Source of the DNA: a virus
Lineage: Duplodnaviria; Caudoviricetes
Length of the DNA: 56,244 bases
Direction: 5' to 3' (one strand)
Virus record (IMG/VR): IMGVR_UViG_3300044527_000109
Coordinates: 1-56,244 of that record
Positions within the stretch are counted from its first letter, which is position 1. Each line of letters starts with the position of its first letter. Position numbers and translations under genes: made by a program. Positions 21,785 to 30,773 of the stretch are shown here, piece by piece. The notes below the pieces were generated by a model, which ran no database searches, had not been told where the DNA came from, and saw nothing but the letters and a program-made list of their open reading frames with translations.

Positions 21785-22012
21785 ATGAAACTATTTGAGA
21801 TGTTTGATCCACCCATTAATGGGATGCAAGATGTTAATGCCGATAACAGCAAACCTGTGTGGAGAACCTCACGTAAAACTAAACTCACACTTAAACAATT
21901 ACGCAAATTGCGCAAAATGCTAGATGTTCGAAACTATGAAAAGAAAGAACATTTAAAGAAAGTCCGTGAACAATACGGTGCGGCAAATCAACCTCAAGAA
22001 GCAACCGCTTGA
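21785..22012 (+). CDS. Small basic head-module protein
   Basis: 75 aa with RKTKLTLKQLRKLRKM; lies between portal and core genes; GATAAATA motif 6 nt upstream. Confidence 0.7.
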   Translation: MKLFEMFDPPINGMQDVNADNSKPVWRTSRKTKLTLKQLRKLRKMLDVRNYEKKEHLKKVREQYGAANQPQEATA

Positions 22013-22102
22013 TCGATTTTAGATACTAATATCTAAAATTGTTACATTTTTAACAAAAACGTAAAAAAATAGTACTTATTGAGTGCTTTTTATAACTACG
22101 CA

Positions 22103-22109
22103 CTAAATA
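22103..22109 (+). promoter_or_regulatory. Late promoter motif for the head core/protease/scaffold/capsid operon
   Basis: CTAAATA 34 nt upstream of ATG 22144, followed by SD AGGAG. Confidence 0.55.
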
Positions 22110-22143
22110 AATCTACAAAGCCATTTAACCCAGGAGATATACA

Positions 22144-22923
22144 ATGGATAACAAAAAATTTGAACAACTTATTGATTTGATCATCAATGAGAACGAAGAC
22201 AAAGCAAAAGAATTATTCCACGAGATCGTGGTTGAAAAGTCACGCGAAATTTATGAATCTATCATGGACGAAGAAATGATGGACGAAGAAGGTTCGATGG
22301 TTGGCGAAGTAGGCGATCTAATGGACGAGATTTCAGCAGAAGAATCAGGTGACGTTGTAGAAGCCGAAGAAGACGAAGCAGACATCGATTTTGACGATGA
22401 AGCAGAAGAAGCCGGAGACGACATGACCGCTGATCTAGAAGCAGATCACGATGCTGAAGGTTCAGTAGACAAAGAAGATTTAGGTGACATCAAAGACAAG
22501 TTAGATGATTTGATGGCAGAATTCGAAGCACTCATGGGCGGTGACGCTGATATGGGCGACGGCGAAGAAGAAATGGTTGACGTAGAAGTTGACGGCGAAG
22601 AAATGATGGAAGCCGTACAGTTACAAAAAGTATCTGTAACTCACGGTGATAACGGTGCTCAGACTAAGAGCCCGGTAACAGCAAACTCAGGCGCTAAAGG
22701 AATGGACAGCAAGCCTGTCAAATTCGCAGGCGGTACTGAATCTGTACCAAATGGTCCAAAAGGTCCATCAAATGAGTACAGCAAGAAAGAAGGCGATCTA
22801 CCAGGTGCAGGTTCATTCAAGAACGTACCAGGTGGCAAGGCAAAAGTTGATTTGTCAGCCGCTCCTAAGCCAGTGACTAAGGACGGTTCAGCAAATAGCA
22901 AGAGCCCGGTAGCCAAAGGTTAA
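22144..22923 (+). CDS. Acidic prohead core / scaffold-type protein
   Basis: Very Asp/Glu-rich, starts KFEQLIDLIINE, lies directly before the prohead protease; SD AGGAG. Confidence 0.65.
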   Translation: MDNKKFEQLIDLIINENEDKAKELFHEIVVEKSREIYESIMDEEMMDEEGSMVGEVGDLMDEISAEESGDVVEAEEDEADIDFDDEAEEAGDDMTADLEADHDAEGSVDKEDLGDIKDKLDDLMAEFEALMGGDADMGDGEEEMVDVEVDGEEMMEAVQLQKVSVTHGDNGAQTKSPVTANSGAKGMDSKPVKFAGGTESVPNGPKGPSNEYSKKEGDLPGAGSFKNVPGGKAKVDLSAAPKPVTKDGSANSKSPVAKG

Positions 22924-22944
22924 TTAAGAGGAACTTGGAGACAA

Positions 22945-23583
22945 ATGGCTTTGTATCTCAAGGAGCACTTAACGTTCGATAGAGCGAACATGGTCGTTGA
23001 GTCCGTCAAGGAAGGCAACGACGAGTTAAAGACCCTCTATATGAAGGGCATCTTTATTCAGGGCGGGGTTAAAAACGCAAACGAGCGTGTTTACCCCGTT
23101 TCTGAAATAGAGACCGCAGTAGATACGTTAAACAAGCAAATCCAAGAAGGTTATTCAGTGTTGGGTGAAGTTGATCACCCAGACGATTTAAAAATTAACT
23201 TAGACCGTGTCAGCCATATGATCACAAATATGTGGATGGATGGCGCAAACGGTTTCGGTAAATTAAAAATTCTACCAACTCCAATGGGTCAATTAGTAAA
23301 GACAATGTTGGAAAGTGGTGTGAAACTAGGCGTTTCAAGTCGTGGATCAGGTAATGTAAGCGACTTAGATGGCAAAGTAAGTGATTTTGAAATAATCACT
23401 GTAGATATAGTCGCACAACCTAGCGCACCTAACGCATATCCTAAAGCAATATACGAAAGCCTCATGAATATGAAGCATGGTCATAAAGTCATAGATATCG
23501 CTAGAGAAGCAAGAGGCGACAAGAAGGTACAAAGTTACTTGGCTGAGGAAGTAAAGCGCCTCATCAAGGAACTTAAAATATAA
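22945..23583 (+). CDS. gp21: Prohead protease (T4 gp21-like)
   Basis: GIFIQG..KNANERVYP, LGEVDHP, VSH, GVSSRGSG and DIVAQPSAPNAY motifs. Confidence 0.95.
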   Translation: MALYLKEHLTFDRANMVVESVKEGNDELKTLYMKGIFIQGGVKNANERVYPVSEIETAVDTLNKQIQEGYSVLGEVDHPDDLKINLDRVSHMITNMWMDGANGFGKLKILPTPMGQLVKTMLESGVKLGVSSRGSGNVSDLDGKVSDFEIITVDIVAQPSAPNAYPKAIYESLMNMKHGHKVIDIAREARGDKKVQSYLAEEVKRLIKELKI

Positions 23584-23599
23584 AATAGGGGATAAGAGC

Positions 23600-24712
23600 A
23601 TGTTAGATGCTATCAAACCATTAGTTGAAAGCGGTCTCATCAGCGAAGACATCTCAAACGAAATTAATAAAGTTTGGGAAGGAAAGTTGACTGAAGCCCG
23701 TGATCAAGTACGTGCTGAACTCCGCGAGGAATTTGCACACCGTTACGAGCATGATCGTAGCGTTATGGTAGAAGCCCTAGATAAGATGATAACAGAAAGC
23801 CTCTCAACTGAAATTGCAGAATTTCATGATGAGAGAAAGGCTTTAAACGAAGACCGAGTACAAGCGAAAATTAAAATGCAAGAAAATGCAGCCAAATTCA
23901 ATGGTTTCATGGTTACTAAACTATCCGAAGAAATCAAAGAATTGCGCAATGATCGTAAGGCTCAAATGGAGAATCAACAAAAGTTAGAAAAATTCGTTGT
24001 CCATGCTCTTGCAAAAGAGATCAGGGAATTTTCAACGGATAAGAAAGCAGTTGTTGAGGCTCGCGTTAAGTTGGTCACAGAAGGTCGCCAGAAACTTGAA
24101 GCACTTAAGCAAAAATTTGTTGCCGAAAGCGCAAAGAGAGTCAGCGATGCAATATCATCTCATTTGAAGGGTGAACTATCACAACTCAAAGAAGACATCA
24201 AAACAGCCCGCGAAAACAGTTTCGGACGTAAGTTATTCGAAGCATTTGCTAGTGAGTATTCTGTAACTTATCTAAATGATAAAGCAGAAGCCCGCAAGTT
24301 AATGTCAGTAATTACTGCGAAAGATCAGGCGTTGGCTGAGGCTACAGCAAAGGCTATTGAAGCACATAAGCTTGTAGAGTCAAAGGATCGTGAAGTTAGA
24401 ATCATTAAAGAATCAACTCAGCGTGAAAAGGAAATGGAAAAACTTCTATCTCCTCTAAACAAAGAGAAGGCTGATGTGATGAAGGCTTTACTTGAAAGCG
24501 TACAGACACCAAAATTGAAGTCCGCTTTCGATAAGTATCTACCAGCAGTTCTTAACACAGGAATTGAGAAGTCAGGCGCTAAAACTGCTCTCACTGAAAG
24601 TGTTGTAAAAGAAGTAACTGGTGATAAAGAAACTGCCAAAAAGAAAATTGAAGAAGATCCAAGCGTTGAAAACAATTTGATCGATTTCAAGCGTCTGGCA
24701 GGGCTTAAGTAA
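23600..24712 (+). CDS. gp22: Prohead core scaffolding protein (T4 gp22-like)
   Basis: Coiled-coil protein with FGRKLFEAF and a C-terminal KRLAGL; lies between protease and capsid genes. Confidence 0.8.
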   Translation: MLDAIKPLVESGLISEDISNEINKVWEGKLTEARDQVRAELREEFAHRYEHDRSVMVEALDKMITESLSTEIAEFHDERKALNEDRVQAKIKMQENAAKFNGFMVTKLSEEIKELRNDRKAQMENQQKLEKFVVHALAKEIREFSTDKKAVVEARVKLVTEGRQKLEALKQKFVAESAKRVSDAISSHLKGELSQLKEDIKTARENSFGRKLFEAFASEYSVTYLNDKAEARKLMSVITAKDQALAEATAKAIEAHKLVESKDREVRIIKESTQREKEMEKLLSPLNKEKADVMKALLESVQTPKLKSAFDKYLPAVLNTGIEKSGAKTALTESVVKEVTGDKETAKKKIEEDPSVENNLIDFKRLAGLK

Positions 24713-24734
24713 GACATATTAGGAGAATATTAAA

Positions 24735-25931
24735 ATGTCAAAAGTACTCTTAGAAAGCCGTTGGGACGAGACCAAAGAGGCCCTGTTAGAAGGCTTAAAG
24801 GGAACTCGCCGTTCAACGATGGGTGTTATTCTAGAAAACACCAAAAAACAGTTGCTCGCAGAATCTACTGCAGGCACAACGACTGCTGGTAATATCGCAA
24901 CATTAAACCGCGTGATTCTTCCAGTAATCCGTCGTGTTATGCCAACTGTTATTGCTAACGAACTAGTCGGCGTTCAGCCAATGACTGGTCCAGTTGGTCA
25001 GATACACACATTGCGTGTACGTTATGCTCAGTCATTGACTGACAACTCAGCAGCCGCTACTAGCGTTGTTGCTGGTGAAGAAGCATTGAGCCCATTCAAA
25101 ATTGCTCAGGCCTATTCACGTTCACCTCAAAATGCAACATCATCAAATTACTACACAGGTAATGATACTGCGGCATTAGAAGGTAACGGCGGTAAGCAGA
25201 TCAGCGTACAAATCTTACGTCAGGCTGTTGAAGCCAAATCACGTAAGTTGCAAGCACGTTGGACATTTGAAGCAGCTCAGGATGCTCAGTCACAGCATGG
25301 TATCGACATCGAAGCAGAAATCATGGCAGCACTTGCCCAAGAAATTACTGCTGAAATCGATCAAGAAATCTTGTTGTCATTGCGTACTCTTGCTTCAACT
25401 GAGTTCACATACAACCAAGCAACAGTATCAGGTACTGCAACATACGTTGGTGACGAACATGCTGCCTTAGCAGTTCTAATCAACCGCGTAGCAAACTTGA
25501 TTGCACAGCGCACACGTCGCGGTGCAGGTAACTGGGCAGTTGTATCACCAGCATCATTGACTGTTCTACAGTCAGCAACAACTTCAGCATTCGCAAGAAC
25601 TACTGAAGGCACTTTCGAAGCACCAACTAACACTAAGTTTGTTGGTACATTGAACGGTGCAATGCGCGTATTCGTTGACTCATATGCACCAGATACCCAG
25701 CCAGTATTGGTTGGTTATAAAGGTTCAAGTGAGACTGACGCAGCCGCATTCTACTGCCCATACATTCCATTGATGAGCAGTGGTGTTGTTCTAGATCCAT
25801 CAACATTCGAACCAGTCGTGTCATTTATGACTCGTTATGGTTACATCGAATTAACTAACACTGCGTCATCGTTCGGTAACGCAGCTGATTACGTTGGTGA
25901 GATTGCTGTACAGAACTTAACATTCCAATAA
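24735..25931 (+). CDS. gp23: Major capsid protein (T4 gp23-like)
   Basis: IRRVMPTVIANELVGVQPMTGPVGQI, AKSRKLQARWTFEAAQD, EITAEIDQE, FYCPYIPL and FMTRYG; SD AGGAG. Confidence 0.97.
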   Translation: MSKVLLESRWDETKEALLEGLKGTRRSTMGVILENTKKQLLAESTAGTTTAGNIATLNRVILPVIRRVMPTVIANELVGVQPMTGPVGQIHTLRVRYAQSLTDNSAAATSVVAGEEALSPFKIAQAYSRSPQNATSSNYYTGNDTAALEGNGGKQISVQILRQAVEAKSRKLQARWTFEAAQDAQSQHGIDIEAEIMAALAQEITAEIDQEILLSLRTLASTEFTYNQATVSGTATYVGDEHAALAVLINRVANLIAQRTRRGAGNWAVVSPASLTVLQSATTSAFARTTEGTFEAPTNTKFVGTLNGAMRVFVDSYAPDTQPVLVGYKGSSETDAAAFYCPYIPLMSSGVVLDPSTFEPVVSFMTRYGYIELTNTASSFGNAADYVGEIAVQNLTFQ

Positions 25932-25963
25932 TCAAATCTTCTTTCGGGATGGGAAGAACAATC

Positions 25964-25985
25964 AGGGGACTTCGGTCCCCTTTTT
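25964..25985 (+). terminator. Rho-independent terminator after the major capsid gene
   Basis: GGGGAC-TTCG-GTCCCC followed by TTTTT (cUUCGg tetraloop); a second hairpin TCTTCTT/GGGAAGA lies at 25937-25957. Confidence 0.92.
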
Positions 25986-26003
25986 GTCGGGCATAAATAA
26001 ATT

Positions 26004-26711
26004 ATGATTGAAATCCTATATACCCTCATAGTCACACACATCACAATATTGTGTGTCACACTTTATCTCCACAGAAGTCAAGCACATAAATCAGTAGAGT
26101 TTCATCCTGCTGTCTCACATTTCATGCGATTCTGGTTATGGTTAACTACAGGAATGGTTACAAGACAGTGGGTAGCAATACATCGCAAACATCATAGATA
26201 CAGTGATTTTGAAGGAGATCCACATACACCACATGTGTATGGTATATACAATGTAGTATTCAAAGGTGCATTACTATATCATATTGCAAGTAAAGATAAA
26301 GAAATGATTAAACAATATGGTGTTGGCACTCCTGATGATTGGGTGGAACAGAATGTATACAGTAAACATTCTCGTCTAGGAATAGTTTTGTTATTATTGA
26401 TAAATTTACTTTTATTTTCATGGTGGGGACTGTTGGTGTGGGGCGTACAGATGATATGGATTCCGTTCTGGGCCGCCGGAATCATCAATGGCATAGGACA
26501 TTATTGGGGATATCGTAATGGTGAAACTAAAGATCACAGTAGAAACATTAGTCCTTGGGGCATTATTATTGGTGGAGAGGAGTTGCACAACAATCACCAC
26601 CTCAGTCCTGCAAGTGCCAAACTCAGTCGTAGATGGTTTGAGATAGATATAGGTTGGGTTTATACAGTTATATTAAGTAAACTGCATTTAGCCAAGATCA
26701 AGCAATCTTAA
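26004..26711 (+). CDS. Membrane fatty acid desaturase (delta-9/DesA-like), auxiliary metabolic gene
   Basis: Three His boxes HRSQAH, HRKHH and HNNHH; hydrophobic segments; NGIGH and WFEIDIGW motifs. Confidence 0.9.
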   Translation: MIEILYTLIVTHITILCVTLYLHRSQAHKSVEFHPAVSHFMRFWLWLTTGMVTRQWVAIHRKHHRYSDFEGDPHTPHVYGIYNVVFKGALLYHIASKDKEMIKQYGVGTPDDWVEQNVYSKHSRLGIVLLLLINLLLFSWWGLLVWGVQMIWIPFWAAGIINGIGHYWGYRNGETKDHSRNISPWGIIIGGEELHNNHHLSPASAKLSRRWFEIDIGWVYTVILSKLHLAKIKQS

Positions 26712-26719
26712 ATCAGCAT

Positions 26720-27388
26720 CTACTTCATGAATTCTTCTATACGACTAGATAAGATTAAATGCCCCTTTGCATTCAAATGATATCCGTCAGGGTAAAAATA
26801 TTCTTGCTGTATGTTTTGTAGATTTAGATATACATTATATGTTTCATACAGAAAATCTATAGTATCTCTATCAAATTTTTTTAAGTAGTTTTTAAAAACA
26901 GTAGAAATATAAACGATTTTAGGTTGCACATAATCTTTATAAAACATTTCCCGTATACTAGGTATAAAACTAATTAGATTTTTGGTCGATTCTATCTCTT
27001 CTAATTTGTGGTGCCCACCTATCATGTGTATCGGATAATTCAGACTATCAAACATCAGATATGAATTGCACCACAATTCATCATACATTTTTAAAACATC
27101 TTTGTATGTTATAGTGTAATCAGGAACATCGAAATATTTGGAATATAAATTATCAGATATTATATCTCTAAATGGATTGGTATAAAATGCAAAAACATAA
27201 TCAAATTCTGATAAGTCAACTGTTTTTAATGACCTATAAATTTCTGTATTTGAATAACCGCACACAGATAAATTAGTCACTATGTGACCCTTCATCTGTA
27301 GAAATAACTCTAGACCTCTATGTGTATTTCCGGTCTTATCCCAACACCCGCAACCCCAACTATCACCTGCTATTAAAACTTTCATCAA
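26720..27388 (-). CDS. SGNH/GDSL hydrolase-like protein
   Basis: Block I AGDSW, NLSVCGYSN, and C-terminal DGYHLNAKGH (DxxH); strongly AT-rich. Confidence 0.7.
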   Translation of the reverse strand: MMKVLIAGDSWGCGCWDKTGNTHRGLELFLQMKGHIVTNLSVCGYSNTEIYRSLKTVDLSEFDYVFAFYTNPFRDIISDNLYSKYFDVPDYTITYKDVLKMYDELWCNSYLMFDSLNYPIHMIGGHHKLEEIESTKNLISFIPSIREMFYKDYVQPKIVYISTVFKNYLKKFDRDTIDFLYETYNVYLNLQNIQQEYFYPDGYHLNAKGHLILSSRIEEFMK

Positions 27389-27753
27389 CTAATCCTTATA
27401 TCAGCATCAACAGTCATGTTCATGACTGACTTGCGCCCTTTCTTCAAGCGTTTTTGAAACAACCTGGCGCAGTTAGCACATAGTGTTTTTAGATTACTTT
27501 CTTTCTTGTTCTTCTTATTACCATCTTTAAATACTACATCCATCTGACATTTGTCCTGCGCTTTAAAGCCACAGAACTCACACTTCATTTGCTTGTTTTG
27601 TAGGTACTTGTGCTTCTCGCTATACAATAACTTACTGCAATCTATACAATACTTGTGCCATTTTTTGAATCCTAACTTACTTATACCGTTGGGCTTGGCC
27701 GGCACTATACCACAATGACTACATATAGGTCTTGATTTTTGTTTAGTAAGCAT
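27385..27753 (-). CDS. Zinc-binding HNH-like protein, catalytic His apparently absent
   Basis: Four CxxC pairs; CEFCG...DVVFKDGNKKN..ESNLKTLCANC matches the HNH scaffold without the His residues. Confidence 0.6.
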   Translation of the reverse strand: MLTKQKSRPICSHCGIVPAKPNGISKLGFKKWHKYCIDCSKLLYSEKHKYLQNKQMKCEFCGFKAQDKCQMDVVFKDGNKKNKKESNLKTLCANCARLFQKRLKKGRKSVMNMTVDADIRIS

Positions 27754-27758
27754 GACTA

Positions 27759-27823
27759 TATTTAGAAAAAAGTTCTAATTGGATCTTTTTTCTATGGCTT
27801 AGTAAGAATATATTTGATAAATA
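27759..27823. promoter_or_regulatory. Divergent late-promoter motifs with an intervening inverted repeat
   Basis: CTAAATA on - (27759-27765) and GATAAATA on + (27816-27823); inverted repeat TAGAAAAAAG(27763-27772)/CTTTTTTCTA(27785-27794). Confidence 0.55.
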
Positions 27824-27852
27824 TAATAAGATGATAGAGGACCTGTACAATA

Positions 27853-30741
27853 ATGAGTGCTGAACCGTTTAACACGTTAGGTGGATATTCCGTAGGAATT
27901 CCACCTGAATTAGTAATAGATGCGAATGGAAATGTTGTTAACAACGTCAACGCTCCCAATGCCAACGTCACGGCAAATCGTATATTTGCCAACGCATATC
28001 TATATGCTAACGGTCAACCACTAAGCATAGGCGCATCAGGTTCTAATACACAAGTTCAATATAACAATGCTGGATTGCTAGGTGCGAGTTCGGCATTCAC
28101 ATTTAATAGTGCTACTAGTTTATTAACAGTCACAAAATTACAAGTAGGTAGTAATGCCAACTTAGGAAACGTATCAAACGTTGTGATCTTGGGTGGTACC
28201 AATGGTTATTTCTTACAGACTGACGGTGCAGGTAATCTAACGTGGGCACCTGCAGGTAACGGTGGAAACACAGGTAACGGTGTGCCCGGCGGTGCAAACA
28301 CACAAGTTCAGTTTAATGATGCAGGTGTATTCGGCGGAGATGCAGGATTCACTTATAACAAGGTCAGCAATACTCTTTCAGTAGCAAATACTATATCTTC
28401 CGGCAATGCTATTACCGGTGTAAACTTATCAGTAACGGATGCTACAATTTATGGAACTTTATCAGCCACAGATATTATAGCATCAAATATAACACTATCA
28501 GCCAACATAACAAGTGCTAACTGGATCAATGCTAATTATTTTGCAGGTAATGGAAATAGTTTATTTGGATTAGTAGGCGCTAATGTCACAGGTCAAGTTG
28601 GTTTTGCCAATGTAGCAAATAATGTAGCAGGCGCTAATGTTAGTGGGGCAGTAGGTTTTGCCAACGTAGCAAATAATGTAGCGGGTGCTAATGTCAGTGG
28701 TCAAGTTGCAAACGCATTGATAGCCGGTACTGTTTACACATCAGCACAACCAAATATCACAAGCGTAGGCAATCTAACAAGTTTAACTGTTGTTGGCAAC
28801 ACTACATTAGGAAATCAAGTCGTATCAAATTACTTTATAGGTAATTTATTTGGTACAGCCAATCTTGCAAGAAATGTAACACTAGCATCTCAGCCTAATA
28901 TCACTAGTGTCGGTACATTGACATCACTTACTGTAAGTGGTAATACAACATTAGGTAATAGTGTTACATCGAATTACTTTATTGGTAATTTATATGGAGT
29001 AGCAAATAGTGCTACTATAGCAAACACAGCCAATCTAGCAACATTTGCCAATACAGCAAATTTAGCCAATGCCGCTAACGTAGCTGGTACAGTCACAGTA
29101 AATGCTCAACCAAATATTACAAGCGTAGGCAATCTAACAAGTTTAACTGTAACAGGAAATGTTACAGCCGCAAACTTTATAGGTAATTTTGTAGGTAATA
29201 TTTCTAACGCAAACTATGCAACATTTGCTGGCACAGTAACAACTAATGCTCAGCCAAATATCACTAGTGTAGGCACACTAACTTCCTTAGCAGTATCAGG
29301 AACTGTAACTGCATCAGGAATTTCAGGACCACTATTAACTCCATCACAGCCCAACATCACTAGTGTTGGTACGTTGACTTCATTAGCAGTAACTGGTAAT
29401 GTAACTGCAGGAAATATAAACGCTGGAAATCTATTAACAGCAAATTTCATATCAGGTACGTTGACAACCAACGCACAGCAAAATATCAATTATCTAGGAA
29501 ATATTGGTTGGTTAAATGTTGATACAGCGATACCAAATAGTAATGGTAATATATCATTCAATGGTAGCATGAGTGGTACTGGTTTAGGTAGTAATATTAC
29601 TATCACAGGTAACCTAAATGCAGGAAATTTCGTAGAAGCAAATTACTTAATAGGAACATTAACCACTGCTAGTCAACCTAATATCACAAACATAGGTAAT
29701 CTTACATCATTAACAGTAGTAGGTACTAGTAATTTAGGAGACGTAGGCAACATTACTATCACGGGTGGCAATGCTAATTACGTACTCAGCACAGACGGTA
29801 TAGGTAATTTAAGTTGGGTACCACAGAGTAACGGCGGCGGCAATGGTGGTACACCCGGTGGATTAAACACACAAATTCAGTTTAACGATAACGACACATT
29901 CGGTGGCGACAATACACTGACTTGGAACAAAACTATTAATTACCTGTATCTAGGCGGTAATGCAAACGTTCTAGGTACAATGAATGTATTGACTACATTG
30001 AATAGTGCAAACTTTACTGCTACTGGAACAGCAAACTTAAGCGGAACGGTATCATTAAGTAACACTACGATATTAGCATCTAGCACATTGACGGTTGCAG
30101 GTAATTTAAACACACAAGGTTCAGCAAACGTAAATCTAGGTAATATCGCTAATATACATATACCAGGTGGCGTTAATGGGTATGTACTCAGTACAGACGG
30201 ATTAGGTAATCTAAGTTGGAAAAATGCCGGTGGCGGCAACGGCGGTGGCACACCGGGCGGTAGCAATACACAGATTCAATATAACAGTGCAGGTACGTTT
30301 GCTGGAAGTCCATTTTTGACTTTCAATGATGTTACAAATGAAGTCAATGTAGCAGGCAACTTGATAGCGAACTCATTTCAGATGGGTTCTGGTGTCTATG
30401 AGTTTAGTAAAGCAAATGTTTATTTTGCTACTACGAACAGCACTAGTTCGCAAGTCTTATTGAGTATTCCAGCAGACGATCTTGCGGCAATAGATTTAAC
30501 GATCATCAGTGATGATGACATTATAAGAAACTTTATAAAAATTTCGGCAGTTGTGAAAGGAAGCACAGTTAACTATGCGGAATATAGCACACTGCCAGTA
30601 AACGGGTACACTGGAGACTTTGCTATAGAATACAATGCAGGAAACGTTATAGTAGAGCCTACAGTACGAGTAGTCATGACACCTCAGAGCGCAAATTTGA
30701 TGACTCATAGGATGCAAGTGACTACTTTTTATGTATATTGA
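27853..30741 (+). CDS. Repeat-rich virion fibre/adhesin-like protein 1
   Basis: 962 aa, G/N/T/A/V-rich; QPNITSVG(T/N)L repeats, G(S/A/L)NTQ(I/V)Q(F/Y)N modules and LSTDGxGNLSW joints. Confidence 0.7.
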   Translation: MSAEPFNTLGGYSVGIPPELVIDANGNVVNNVNAPNANVTANRIFANAYLYANGQPLSIGASGSNTQVQYNNAGLLGASSAFTFNSATSLLTVTKLQVGSNANLGNVSNVVILGGTNGYFLQTDGAGNLTWAPAGNGGNTGNGVPGGANTQVQFNDAGVFGGDAGFTYNKVSNTLSVANTISSGNAITGVNLSVTDATIYGTLSATDIIASNITLSANITSANWINANYFAGNGNSLFGLVGANVTGQVGFANVANNVAGANVSGAVGFANVANNVAGANVSGQVANALIAGTVYTSAQPNITSVGNLTSLTVVGNTTLGNQVVSNYFIGNLFGTANLARNVTLASQPNITSVGTLTSLTVSGNTTLGNSVTSNYFIGNLYGVANSATIANTANLATFANTANLANAANVAGTVTVNAQPNITSVGNLTSLTVTGNVTAANFIGNFVGNISNANYATFAGTVTTNAQPNITSVGTLTSLAVSGTVTASGISGPLLTPSQPNITSVGTLTSLAVTGNVTAGNINAGNLLTANFISGTLTTNAQQNINYLGNIGWLNVDTAIPNSNGNISFNGSMSGTGLGSNITITGNLNAGNFVEANYLIGTLTTASQPNITNIGNLTSLTVVGTSNLGDVGNITITGGNANYVLSTDGIGNLSWVPQSNGGGNGGTPGGLNTQIQFNDNDTFGGDNTLTWNKTINYLYLGGNANVLGTMNVLTTLNSANFTATGTANLSGTVSLSNTTILASSTLTVAGNLNTQGSANVNLGNIANIHIPGGVNGYVLSTDGLGNLSWKNAGGGNGGGTPGGSNTQIQYNSAGTFAGSPFLTFNDVTNEVNVAGNLIANSFQMGSGVYEFSKANVYFATTNSTSSQVLLSIPADDLAAIDLTIISDDDIIRNFIKISAVVKGSTVNYAEYSTLPVNGYTGDFAIEYNAGNVIVEPTVRVVMTPQSANLMTHRMQVTTFYVY

Positions 30742-30749
30742 GATAAATA
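30742..30749 (+). promoter_or_regulatory. Late promoter motif
   Basis: GATAAATA immediately after the stop at 30741, followed by SD GGAG and ATG 30774. Confidence 0.55.
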
Positions 30750-30773
30750 CGAAATTAGCGGAGATTATCAAAC

